Virus record (IMG/VR): IMGVR_UViG_3300018018_000019
Location: 1-38,307 of that record
DNA length: 38,307 nt
DNA from: a virus
Lineage: Duplodnaviria; Caudoviricetes
Direction: 5' to 3' (one strand)
The first letter of the stretch is position 1. Every line of letters starts with the position of its first letter. Shown piece by piece: positions 17,531-26,867 of this stretch. The position numbers and the translations under genes are program-made. The notes below the pieces were generated by a model. The model was not told the origin of the DNA, ran no database searches, and saw nothing but the letters and a program-made list of their open reading frames with translations.

Positions 17531-18283
17531 ATGTTTCATAAAAAACAAATCCGTGTCAATCCGTGCAATCCGTGGTTAACGATTCTCTGTGCTCTCTGTG
17601 TCCTCTGTGGCTTGACTTTCTTCGTTGGCTGCGACCAAACCTCCGCCCAGCGAATCGCCGAGGTAAAGGCAGTCGTCGATAAGGCCAATATCCTCAATCA
17701 ATCCGTCGATGCCGGGATTACTGAGTTACAAACCGTGGCGCAGGCCAGCCAGGCGTTACTGCTCGATCCTAACGTCCCGGAATCGATGAAGCCGGCGATA
17801 TCGCAGGCACTGCAAACAGCTTCGGCGAAAATTACTCAGTTGCAGCAGCAGAAGGCAAAGATAACCGCATCCCTCGCTCAATGGCAGGCAATTTTGAATC
17901 AGACGGCCGCCGAAGGCAACGATATCGGCTTGACTCAGGAAATTCAAACTTATGCCTCGATGACCAATGTTTCTGCGTCTTATTTGCCAGCGCCTTACAA
18001 CGGCTATGTTTATTTAGGCAGCGCTTTAGCAGCCATTTTAGCCGGCCTCATTGCCTCAGTAATCAAAAATCTCCAGCAGAGCGGGCAGATTAACAGTTCA
18101 AAATCGGTTTTGACCGACCTTGTGATCTCCGTCGATTCTTTGCTTGACCCCAAAAACGCCGTGATTCCGCCTGATAAAGTCGAGGCGGCCAAAATTGTTC
18201 TGCAGCAAAATCAGACCGGCTCGACTCAGGATGCCGTCGATGCCATCCACGACCCGATGAAAAACACCGCCCCGACGAATTAA
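17531..18283 (+). CDS. Lipoprotein with coiled coil and downstream TM helix, candidate spanin/lysis protein
   Basis: Lipobox FVGC, helical body, TM YLGSALAAILAGLIASVI; lysis-gene position before gp25. Confidence 0.65.
   Translation: MFHKKQIRVNPCNPWLTILCALCVLCGLTFFVGCDQTSAQRIAEVKAVVDKANILNQSVDAGITELQTVAQASQALLLDPNVPESMKPAISQALQTASAKITQLQQQKAKITASLAQWQAILNQTAAEGNDIGLTQEIQTYASMTNVSASYLPAPYNGYVYLGSALAAILAGLIASVIKNLQQSGQINSSKSVLTDLVISVDSLLDPKNAVIPPDKVEAAKIVLQQNQTGSTQDAVDAIHDPMKNTAPTN
17548..17612 (+). repeat. Short tandem repeats (AATCCGTG x3; CTCTGTG x3)
   Basis: Seen directly; related copies at 19023-19082 and 36642-36660. Confidence 0.8.
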
Positions 18284-18301
18284 AACGAGAAAGGATTCTC
18301 C

Positions 18302-18712
18302 GTGGAAAAATTCCCGTGGTCTCTCGTTGTTACTGTTGTAGGCGCCCTGATGTCGCTTATCGGCGCCCTGATACTTTACAATCTTCAATCAATCAAGGCC
18401 TGCGTCCGCAAGGTTACTGAGCGGCTCGATAAGCAGGATTCAGCCATCGATAAGCAAAATGACAATATCGCCTCCATCAAGGAAAGTAACGATGTTCTCG
18501 TCAATTCGCTGGCCAACTGCAAAGTTGATTGTCACCGAAATTTTGTCACCGGCGAGGCATTTCTGCGAGAGACCGGCTTTATGCGTCGCACCCTTGAGAC
18601 ACAGACAGCGTCTCTGAATCGAATGGAAGGCCAGTTGACCATAACCGAAAAGTTGCCGGAAATCGTCGGCGAAATCAGCCGCAATATCGTCGCGGAGATG
18701 AAGAAAGGGTAA
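18302..18712 (+). CDS. Mu gp25-like TM + coiled-coil protein
   Basis: N-terminal TM, coiled coil, synteny before gp26/gp27. Confidence 0.65.
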   Translation: MEKFPWSLVVTVVGALMSLIGALILYNLQSIKACVRKVTERLDKQDSAIDKQNDNIASIKESNDVLVNSLANCKVDCHRNFVTGEAFLRETGFMRRTLETQTASLNRMEGQLTITEKLPEIVGEISRNIVAEMKKG

Positions 18713-18715
18713 AAA

Positions 18716-19021
18716 ATGAGCGATCCTGAAGCAACTATTTACAAGCAGATACTCTTGTTCGTTCTCGACTGTCTTAATCGCGTTTACCCATCTCCTTTGC
18801 AGGTTAGAACATTATACAGAGTCGTCATCGGCTTATTTAACAACTATAGCAAATCACTGATGAACAAAGACATCGCCTTCCTCAAACAAAAGGGCTATAT
18901 CGAATATGTCGATTCAAAAATTGATAGTGATCCTGAGTTTATGGATAAATGTGTCGGTTTGACCGCCAAGGGCAAGGAAATAGCAATGCGTATTCAGACC
19001 GACCCGGCGCTGGAGATTTGA
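18716..19021 (+). CDS. Mu gp26-like winged-helix protein
   Basis: DIAFLKQKGYIEY...LTAKGKEIA; synteny. Confidence 0.7.
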   Translation: MSDPEATIYKQILLFVLDCLNRVYPSPLQVRTLYRVVIGLFNNYSKSLMNKDIAFLKQKGYIEYVDSKIDSDPEFMDKCVGLTAKGKEIAMRIQTDPALEI

Positions 19022-19022
19022 A

Positions 19023-19082
19023 CCACAGATTATGCAGATTTTGCAGATTAAACTCTATGGTCTCTGTGTCCTCTGTGGCTAA
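19023..19082. repeat. Intergenic short tandem repeats
   Basis: CCACAGATTATGCAGATTTTGCAGATT followed by CTCTGTGTCCTCTGTGG. Confidence 0.75.
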
Positions 19083-19114
19083 AAAAAAGGTGAAAAAAAA
19101 GAGAAAGGATTCTT

Positions 19115-19621
19115 ATGTTAAAGGACACAAAAATTGACATCGGCCTGGTTGTGATGTGCTTACTCATGCTTGTCGCTAATTTACTCTTCGGCTCCACGAC
19201 CTTCACAACCTCGAAAAACAGTTACTTCGGCCGCGAATCGTCCGTTGAAAAATTGACCGTCTCTGTTGTCCCTGTTCACAAACAGGACGTCAACGATCAC
19301 AACGATGTTAATTCGACCGCTACCGATGGCAATTCAATCTATGGTGAGCTGCGGCGGATTACATTATCGGCGACCGGCACCGATGTAAATTTCACGGTCG
19401 CTGTAAAGGATGACAAGGGCATAACGCTTTTCTCGAAGACCGACTGTAATACGGCCTTGCTGCCTTTGAGTTATGCCCTCGATATGAATAATTCGATTGC
19501 CACGCGGTATCCGGGTATTTATGTCGCCGGTCCTTTGACGGTGGAGACAAATTACGTTGACCCGAACACTGTAACCGGCCTGACCGGAATAAATGTAACA
19601 TTCTACTACCAGCGATTTTAA
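19115..19621 (+). CDS. Secreted/anchored beta-rich protein with D-x-N motifs
   Basis: Hydrophobic N-terminus; eight D-x-N motifs; TAATG-coupled to gp27. Confidence 0.75.
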   Translation: MLKDTKIDIGLVVMCLLMLVANLLFGSTTFTTSKNSYFGRESSVEKLTVSVVPVHKQDVNDHNDVNSTATDGNSIYGELRRITLSATGTDVNFTVAVKDDKGITLFSKTDCNTALLPLSYALDMNNSIATRYPGIYVAGPLTVETNYVDPNTVTGLTGINVTFYYQRF

Positions 19622-20187
19622 TGGCACAAAGAAGAACACATAGTTCGCTCGATAAATTGCCCGCCTCGCTGAAAGACGAGCTGATTCGTATGCTCGTTGA
19701 CAACGAGTATCCGATTGAATTCGCGGGCGATAAAACCGGCAAGCCCAAATACGAGGACATCGTCGCCTATTGCAAGCAGCGGGGCCACATCGTCTCACGT
19801 TCGGCGGTTGGGCGGTTCGGTATGACGATGCGGACGATTAGCAGGATGAAGCAGGCGGGCCTGATTACACGGGAGGTTATGAAAGGCCTTACCGACGAAA
19901 AGGCCTCGGCAACACAAAAGGCCGTCGCGGAAATGGTTACGGCTGTAGGTATTGAGTTCATCAGTTCGAATGAAACTTTTACTGCCAAGGAAATCAGTGA
20001 GGTCGCCAAGGCCATCAAGGATTGTGCTGCCGTGGCTATCGCCTCGGACAAATACACCCGCGAGCAGCTCACCAAGAAAGTCGCCGCAGCGACCGAATCG
20101 ACGAAGGCCAAGCTCACAAAGGCCGGCGTTGACAGGAAACTGATTCAGGAAATCATAGATGAGCATTTGGGAGTCGTAAAATCATAG
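19621..20187 (+). CDS. Mu gp27-like (DUF3486) putative small terminase
   Basis: HSSLDKLP...GHIVSRSAVGRF; immediately precedes the terminase. Confidence 0.85.
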   Translation: MAQRRTHSSLDKLPASLKDELIRMLVDNEYPIEFAGDKTGKPKYEDIVAYCKQRGHIVSRSAVGRFGMTMRTISRMKQAGLITREVMKGLTDEKASATQKAVAEMVTAVGIEFISSNETFTAKEISEVAKAIKDCAAVAIASDKYTREQLTKKVAAATESTKAKLTKAGVDRKLIQEIIDEHLGVVKS

Positions 20188-20204
20188 AGACCCAGGCCAA
20201 TACG

Positions 20205-21554
20205 TTGCCGAAAGGTTATTTCCTGCCATATCAGCAGGACTGGATTCTCGACCAGTCCAACGCGAAGATATCGGAGAAGAGCCGTCGTATAGGTATGACT
20301 TACGCGGATAGTTACGAGACCTGCCGTGAGCGAAACCTTATCGACCATCGCCGCGACTTATGGTTCTCAAGCGCAGATGAATCGGCTGCCCTCGAATATG
20401 CCCTTTATTGTAAGCAATGGTGCGAGCTGATGGATATCATTATCAGGGAAATCACCGAGCAGCTCGAAGATGAGAAAAAGCAAAAGTATAATAACTACGT
20501 CATCATATTTCCCAACGGCTCCCGCGTAAACTGCATGACCAGTAATCCCCGCCGATTCAGGTCCAAGGGCGGGGATGTGGTCCTCGATGAATTCGCCTGG
20601 CACGATGAGCCGGGCCTGATGCTCGATGCAGCTCTACCCACGACGACGTGGGGTTATAATATCCGGGTGCTGTCAACTCATAACGGCGAGGAGTCGGAGT
20701 TTAACCGGATAATTTCGCTGGTCAATAAAGTCAAGAATGGCGAATTGTCTTTTGACGAGGCGCATTCTCTTCACTGGTCATTGCACAGGACGACGATTCA
20801 GGACGCCGTCGCCCAGGGTCTCGCTGAAAAGGTTTACAAGCTCGACCACGTTGACCAGGTTGCACGTCAAAAGTTTTTGAAAGAATGTCGTGCCCGCTGC
20901 CGCAACGAGGATGCCTGGAATCAGGAATATATGTGCAAGCCCTCGACGGCCTTGCTCGCCCTTATCCCTTATGAATTATATCAATCGTGCGAGGATGCAA
21001 ACTGCCTGCAGGAACTTGTCCCGCATACAAAAGAACGCCGTGAATATTATCTCGGCGGCGATATCGGCAGGGTGCATGACAGGACGGTCTTCTGGATTGA
21101 TGAGAAGGTCGCCGACCTGATGATTTCCCGCAAGGTAATCAAGCTGCATAAAACTCCGTATCATGCCCAGTTGCAGATGCTTTGTGATTTGCTCGTCAAT
21201 CAGAATATCCGTCGCGCCTGTATAGATGCGACAGGTATCGGCGATATGCTCGTCGAGGAGGCGCAGAGGATTCACGGCTCATATCGTGTGGAGGCGGTCA
21301 AATTCACTAATGAAATCAAAGACCATCTCGCCTCTCTCGGTCGCGGTTTATTCGAGGACCGAAGGTGTCGTGTCCCCGATGATCGCGAAATCCGTGATAG
21401 TTTTCATACCGTCCGCAAAATTATGACCTTATCCGGCAATATCCGTTACGATGCTGCCTCGACCGAATCCGGCCACGCCGACGACTTCTGGGCATTTAAC
21501 CTGGCCAAAGAAGCCGCGAGGACATCCGTTACGCCTGAATGTATTTTGCTATGA
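20205..21554 (+). CDS. terL: Mu gp28-type terminase large subunit
   Basis: FLPYQ, EKSRRIGMT, VVLDEFAW, STHNG, GGDIGR, IDATGIG, GHADDFWA. Confidence 0.95.
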   Translation: MPKGYFLPYQQDWILDQSNAKISEKSRRIGMTYADSYETCRERNLIDHRRDLWFSSADESAALEYALYCKQWCELMDIIIREITEQLEDEKKQKYNNYVIIFPNGSRVNCMTSNPRRFRSKGGDVVLDEFAWHDEPGLMLDAALPTTTWGYNIRVLSTHNGEESEFNRIISLVNKVKNGELSFDEAHSLHWSLHRTTIQDAVAQGLAEKVYKLDHVDQVARQKFLKECRARCRNEDAWNQEYMCKPSTALLALIPYELYQSCEDANCLQELVPHTKERREYYLGGDIGRVHDRTVFWIDEKVADLMISRKVIKLHKTPYHAQLQMLCDLLVNQNIRRACIDATGIGDMLVEEAQRIHGSYRVEAVKFTNEIKDHLASLGRGLFEDRRCRVPDDREIRDSFHTVRKIMTLSGNIRYDAASTESGHADDFWAFNLAKEAARTSVTPECILL

Positions 21555-23965
21555 CAAAATCCAAAACAAAAAGCGGAGCCCTTGGCGGAGTCTCGCTTCG
21601 GCGAGATAAATCACGTTCTAAAGCGTCTCGCTCAGCAAGGACCAAATCGGCCGAGAGCAAATCTATGCCGTGGTGGGATATCTTTTTTGGCGCCGATGAA
21701 ATTGCGAGATCCGAGAGTAAGGCGAAGGCGCCTTACAAGCAGGTATCGCTCGTTTATACATGCGTTAATGAGCTTATAAAAGGTATTCAATCGCTGCCCC
21801 TGGTATTGTCAACTATCGATGAACGCATCGTGGAATCCGGCCCTGTTTATGATTTGCTTTTTAACGGCAAACAATCCTGGCAGCATTTTGTCGAGCAGAC
21901 CATCGGCCATTTCGCCTTGTCGCATGATGTCTTCTGGATTTTTCTCGATGACCAGGGCAATCCCGATATAGGCGGCGTCGGCTCGAAGACCAGGGAAATC
22001 TACGTCGTCAGCGGCACACAGATGCGGGCAATGACGGATACCGGCTCCGAATCCGGCAATCTCATCGGCTGGGAATATTTCGGCCGTAACGGAGAACATG
22101 CACTATTTACGCCGGCCGAGGTCTGGCAGTGGAAAGGTTTTGACCCTTATAGAAAATTTCACGGTCTCGCCCCGATAGTCGCGGCCGCTAATGATATCAA
22201 TTACACCTTTGCGGCCTCGCTTTATAACGCCAGCACGCTTGCCAACGGAGCAGAACCCGGCGCTATTCTGACAACGCCCGGCAAACTCGATGATGACCAA
22301 ATCCGAATGTTGCGAGAGCAGTTCGATGCCCGCCACAAAGGCGCAGGCCAGACCAAGCGAACCGCACTGCTTACGGGCGGTCTCGATATTAAAACAATCG
22401 CGATGAAGCTTGCGGACCTCGAAGTCGCCGAAATAACAAAGATGAGTGACGCCAAAATCTGCTCGACCTTTGGCGTTCCCCCCGGCGTCGCGGGCCTGAT
22501 AACCGAAGCGCAGTACTCCCACGGTCCTGCGATGCGACAATTTATTTTTAATACTATATTGCCTCTGGCTGGCTCTTTCGCCGGCAATATTGACACCGGC
22601 ATTATTTCCCGATTCACATCTTCAAAATTATTTGGCGAAAATTTCCCCGCCATTGCCCGAGCGCAGGCCAAGTTCTTTACGGGCAGCCGGTCGCTGCCCA
22701 TGACGCGCAATCGCTTCTATCGCGAATCACTTCAAAAGGCAGTCCGTTCCCAGGGCAAGGTCTTTGCCTGGTTTGATGCCAATCAGCATCCCGTTGTCCA
22801 GGAGGCGATGCAGGAATCCGCCGAAAAGGCGTTGAAGCATACCACGTACGGCGTCAAACTCAATAACATCATCGAGGCCTACGATTTGCAGTATGAGACG
22901 GTCCCTTGGGGCGATGATTGGTGGATTGCTATGGGGCAGATTCCGGCGCGTTACACCCTCGAAGCAGGCCCCGGTGGAACAGCTAATCCGCCATATCCCG
23001 GCGAGACGCCGCCTGAGACAGAACCCCTGCCTGAACCAGAGCCGGGCAAATCAGTTAACGAACATCGAGTATCCAGTATCGAGAATCAAGAATCGAAAGC
23101 AGATGATGCACGCCGCCTGCGGATATGGAATAACTGGAAAATCTCCTGGGCAGGCATCGAGCGGGAATACAAAGAGCAGCTTCGAATCCTTTTCGTTCAT
23201 CAGCAAAATGAACTGATAAAAAAACTCCGCTTGGCTGCTATGCTTCCAAACAAAGGCGTGGAATCAGTGTTTAAACTTTCCCCTGATGAGATAATTGCCC
23301 GCGTCGTTTTCGATTTGACCATCGAAGACAACAAAGTCCGCGTCATCAATCAGACCTTTTTCGACAAGGCCTCTGAACTTGGCATTCGCCAGGTCTTCAA
23401 TGAAATCGTCGGATTGACCGGCGATAAGCTCAATGAGCAAACGCAGGCCGCGAAAAATTCTATCTGGCTAAAAGGCAAACTGTTAATCAGCTCGCAAAAA
23501 ATAACCGGTATCAATCGCACTACCCAGAAGTTGGTGGCCAGCCAGCTCAAAACAGGTCTCGAATCCGGCGAGACCGTAAACGATCTTGCTAATCGTATCG
23601 GTCATGTCCTCGGTGAAAACCGGGGACGCGCCCTGAATATTGCCCGCACACAGACGGCGGGCGCCGTGGGATCTGGCAGGCACACGGGAATGAAGGCGGC
23701 CGGTGTCGAATTGAAGTCGTGGTTAACGGCCGGTGATGAGACGGTCCGCTCGGCTCACCGCGAGGCGGGACAGAAATACGCCGACGGCATCGCCGTCGAT
23801 TTGCCGTTCGTTGTAGCTGGCGAAACCCTGATGTTCCCCGGCGATCCCTCCGGCTCGGCCGGAAATATTATCAACTGCCGCTGCGTCGAGCTGGCCAAAC
23901 TTGCCGGCGGCAAATCATTTGACTTGGCCTATTATGAAAATGTTAATTTTGCGGTTAGGAGCTGA
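21551..23965 (+). CDS. HK97-type portal fused to a Mu gpF-like minor head protein
   Basis: GLAPI...NGAEPGAIL...ICSTFGVPP (portal); Pro/Glu linker; RALNIARTQT, KSWLTAGDETVRSAH, PGDP...INCRC (gpF). Confidence 0.9.
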   Translation: MTKSKTKSGALGGVSLRRDKSRSKASRSARTKSAESKSMPWWDIFFGADEIARSESKAKAPYKQVSLVYTCVNELIKGIQSLPLVLSTIDERIVESGPVYDLLFNGKQSWQHFVEQTIGHFALSHDVFWIFLDDQGNPDIGGVGSKTREIYVVSGTQMRAMTDTGSESGNLIGWEYFGRNGEHALFTPAEVWQWKGFDPYRKFHGLAPIVAAANDINYTFAASLYNASTLANGAEPGAILTTPGKLDDDQIRMLREQFDARHKGAGQTKRTALLTGGLDIKTIAMKLADLEVAEITKMSDAKICSTFGVPPGVAGLITEAQYSHGPAMRQFIFNTILPLAGSFAGNIDTGIISRFTSSKLFGENFPAIARAQAKFFTGSRSLPMTRNRFYRESLQKAVRSQGKVFAWFDANQHPVVQEAMQESAEKALKHTTYGVKLNNIIEAYDLQYETVPWGDDWWIAMGQIPARYTLEAGPGGTANPPYPGETPPETEPLPEPEPGKSVNEHRVSSIENQESKADDARRLRIWNNWKISWAGIEREYKEQLRILFVHQQNELIKKLRLAAMLPNKGVESVFKLSPDEIIARVVFDLTIEDNKVRVINQTFFDKASELGIRQVFNEIVGLTGDKLNEQTQAAKNSIWLKGKLLISSQKITGINRTTQKLVASQLKTGLESGETVNDLANRIGHVLGENRGRALNIARTQTAGAVGSGRHTGMKAAGVELKSWLTAGDETVRSAHREAGQKYADGIAVDLPFVVAGETLMFPGDPSGSAGNIINCRCVELAKLAGGKSFDLAYYENVNFAVRS
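23063..23097 (+). repeat. Heptamer tandem repeat in the portal-gpF linker
   Basis: CATCGAG TATCCAG TATCGAG AATCAAG AATCGAA. Confidence 0.7.
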
Positions 23966-23968
23966 AAT

Positions 23969-24676
23969 ATGGATCCGAAATTCAATTTTTTCATAGTCAA
24001 GGCCATCGACACTGAAAAAAGAACTGTAGATGCTACCGCATCCACCGGCGATCTTGACAGAGACAACGAACGGATTTTGCCTTCCGCCTTTAATGATATC
24101 GATTCGTTTAAATCTAACCCTGTCATTCTGGCTACTCACCAACATCGCCTCCCAAGCGGCTCCTCTCCGGTCATCGGTTCGGCTATCCCTGAATCAATCT
24201 CGATTGGTGCGAATGAAGTCACCTTTAAAATGCACTTCGCCGAGACGCCGCTGGGCGAAGAGTACTGGAAGCTTTACAAAGATAAGCACATGCGCGCCTT
24301 TTCAATCGGATTTATTCCCCTCGAGTGGAAGGACGATAAAGACGTCCGGACATACACCAAAATTGAGCTGCTTGAAATCTCGGCAGTCCCCGTCCCCAGC
24401 AATCGCCGTGCGCTGGCACGCGCAAAAGGTTTCTTCGATAACGAGGACAACAAGGAAACTATTGCCGCTGCAATTAAAGAGCAGTTCGATGACCTCAAAC
24501 AATCCATCGAGCAGCAGCTCGATGATATCAAATCGATGATTATCGCCAATCCGAACGAACTGGCGGATTCCCTGCTCAGTGGGAATTCCGAACTGTCCGC
24601 TCCTGGTGGCGACACAATTAAAAACGCTGAGCATCATTTAAACAGAATCAAAAAAGCATTTGGAAAGGTTGACTAA
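23969..24676 (+). CDS. HK97-family prohead protease
   Basis: DRDNERI, NPVILATH, AFSIGF, LLEISAVPVPSN. Confidence 0.92.
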   Translation: MDPKFNFFIVKAIDTEKRTVDATASTGDLDRDNERILPSAFNDIDSFKSNPVILATHQHRLPSGSSPVIGSAIPESISIGANEVTFKMHFAETPLGEEYWKLYKDKHMRAFSIGFIPLEWKDDKDVRTYTKIELLEISAVPVPSNRRALARAKGFFDNEDNKETIAAAIKEQFDDLKQSIEQQLDDIKSMIIANPNELADSLLSGNSELSAPGGDTIKNAEHHLNRIKKAFGKVD

Positions 24677-24677
24677 T

Positions 24678-26075
24678 ATGCCTCCAACATTAGAACAAAT
24701 CGAGCAGCAGCTTAAAACGACTGCTGACACGATTGAAGCAGGCGTTAAGGATATTAACGCCAACAAGGCCAGCAAGCAGGAAGTCGTCGATAAGATTAAC
24801 GAGCTGACAAAAGTCGACAAGGAATTAATCGGCAAGGCACAGGCCGATATCACACAGCTCAACACCGGCATCGCCGAGGTCACAAAAACAATCGGCGACC
24901 TGAGGACGCAGATATCGAATTTCCGGTCTGCCAAGTCCTCGATATTATTTGAGGGCGGCAGATACAACGGCAATTTCTCCTCGCCGAACGAAGCCAAGGC
25001 ATTTGCCTTACTGGTCCTGACCGCCGCGACCAGGGGAACCAAGGCCGAAACCAGATTCGACTGGGCGAAAAAGGCGCTCGATGCCATGGGCATCGAACCG
25101 TACCTCGTTGACGGCAACGGCCATAAAGCGATGGTCGGCTCATCGCAGACAGGCGGCGGCTCGCTTGTCGGTATCGAGCAGATACCTTCCGTCAAGATGA
25201 TGTTCGAGACCTACGGCGTCGCTCGTTCCGATTTCCAGATTATGCCGATGGGCGCTGGGCAAACCCTGATGCCCAAATGCGACAAATTGCTCGATGTTAC
25301 TTGCCCCGGCGAAGGCAACGAAATCGACGATACCGATCCGAAGATTCCCATCATCGCCTTGACGCCGAAAACGCTTTGTGCCTTGACCACCTACGGCATG
25401 GAGCTGGAGGAAGATTCACTGGTCGCTCTCGGTGAATTGCTTGCCGGGCTGTTTATTCGGTCATTCGCGTACGCTGAGGACAAAATCGGTTTCCTCGGCG
25501 ACGGCACGAGCACGTATTTCGGCTTTAAGGGTATCGTCGGTGCTCTGATGGCGGTTAGCGGCACGATATCCAAAATCAGGTCGCTGATTGTGGGCTCCGG
25601 CAACGCCTACAGCGAATTAGTCCTCGGCGACTTCGAGAAGGTCCCCGGTATTCTACCGGATATGGCGGATGACGGATTCGCCAAGTGGTACTGTCACCGG
25701 TATTTCTATTGGACCGTAATAGTGCGTCTTGCTCTCTCTGCCAGCACCGGCTCCGCACAGGAAATCCTTTTGGGCGAGGCGACCAGGCAGCGCGGCTTCC
25801 TGTCCTATCCGGTCAAGTTCGTCCAGGTAATGCCCAAGGCCGAGGCCAACAGCCAGATAGCGGCATTGCTGGCCAACTTGAAGATGGGCGCCATTCTCGG
25901 CACCCGTGGCGGCATCGAATTCGCCCAGTCATCCGAGCGCTACTTCGAGAAGGGCCTTATCGCCGTTCGCGGCCGTAACCGTGTGGCAATTAATGCCCAC
26001 GGTGTCGGCGATTCGACCGATGTTACCGACGGCAACGCCGGCCCAATTTGCGGGCTGATTACGGCTGCATCTTAA
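24678..26075 (+). CDS. HK97-fold major capsid protein with N-terminal coiled-coil scaffold domain
   Basis: GGGSLV, EGNEI, ELEEDS, FLGDGT; follows the protease. Confidence 0.9.
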   Translation: MPPTLEQIEQQLKTTADTIEAGVKDINANKASKQEVVDKINELTKVDKELIGKAQADITQLNTGIAEVTKTIGDLRTQISNFRSAKSSILFEGGRYNGNFSSPNEAKAFALLVLTAATRGTKAETRFDWAKKALDAMGIEPYLVDGNGHKAMVGSSQTGGGSLVGIEQIPSVKMMFETYGVARSDFQIMPMGAGQTLMPKCDKLLDVTCPGEGNEIDDTDPKIPIIALTPKTLCALTTYGMELEEDSLVALGELLAGLFIRSFAYAEDKIGFLGDGTSTYFGFKGIVGALMAVSGTISKIRSLIVGSGNAYSELVLGDFEKVPGILPDMADDGFAKWYCHRYFYWTVIVRLALSASTGSAQEILLGEATRQRGFLSYPVKFVQVMPKAEANSQIAALLANLKMGAILGTRGGIEFAQSSERYFEKGLIAVRGRNRVAINAHGVGDSTDVTDGNAGPICGLITAAS

Positions 26076-26082
26076 TGCAGCC

Positions 26083-26128
26083 GCCCCGCAGTCGTTTGAA
26101 TTTTGTTAAGGCAAAATTCTTGCGGGGC
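26083..26128. repeat. Palindromic REP-like element
   Basis: GCCCCGCAGTCGTTTGAATTTTGTTAAGGCAAAATTCTTGCGGGGC; diverged relative at about 26742-26782. Confidence 0.8.
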
Positions 26129-26263
26129 CAGGCGAGCGATGCTCTTTGATATTTGTAATTTGATTTACCCCTGCCTGGTTCGACAGGCCGGGCAGGGTAT
26201 CTGTAAAATCGGGAAAGTTTAGTTCGGATTCGATTTTATTAACGATATTTGAAAGGCAAAAAA

Positions 26264-26722
26264 ATGGACCTTAGAGCAATGTTAAAGGCATTGAAGTTTA
26301 CACAGCTTCTGCCTACAGAAAAATTCAAAAACAATAGCGCTTTCGGGGGCAATACCTACGTCGATACTTTGGGGTTATCGGCGATATTGTTCCTGTTCGA
26401 TTTGGGGACTACAGATGTCATTGTCGGCTCCGGAGGCACTTCTTTGCCGCCATTCATCGAGGAATGCGACACGACAGGCGGCTCATATACGGCCGTCGAT
26501 GATGCCGAATTGGCTGCCGTGCTTGCAGCCAATGGCGACAGCAAGCTGCGGGGAATATTTATTGACCTGACCAAAACGCACAAGCGTTATATGCAGGTCA
26601 ATGCCCCGACAGCCGGCAATGCCACCGGCGCCAATCTGAGCATCCTTGCTATCGGATTCCCATCCGACCAGATGCCGGGGTCGGCAGCGGATATGGGCCT
26701 CGCGGAATTGATAGAAGTGTAG
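26264..26722 (+). CDS. Putative head decoration/minor capsid protein
   Basis: Beta-rich, VDTLG, EECDTTGGSYT, KRYMQV; directly after the capsid gene. Confidence 0.65.
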   Translation: MDLRAMLKALKFTQLLPTEKFKNNSAFGGNTYVDTLGLSAILFLFDLGTTDVIVGSGGTSLPPFIEECDTTGGSYTAVDDAELAAVLAANGDSKLRGIFIDLTKTHKRYMQVNAPTAGNATGANLSILAIGFPSDQMPGSAADMGLAELIEV

Positions 26723-26796
26723 TCCCGCTTTGCGGAACGAAGTCCAGGCGCCGTTTGATTTTTGTAAAAAATCTGCCGGGACGTAGTAGATTTCTC

Positions 26797-26820
26797 CCCG
26801 CCCCTTCGGGGGCGGGTTTT
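26797..26820 (+). terminator. Intrinsic terminator after the head genes
   Basis: CCCGCCCC-TTCG-GGGGCGGG-TTTT. Confidence 0.75.
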
Positions 26821-26867
26821 GCTCTCATAAAATTGAAAGATGAATAGAATTTTTTAAGGAATAAATT

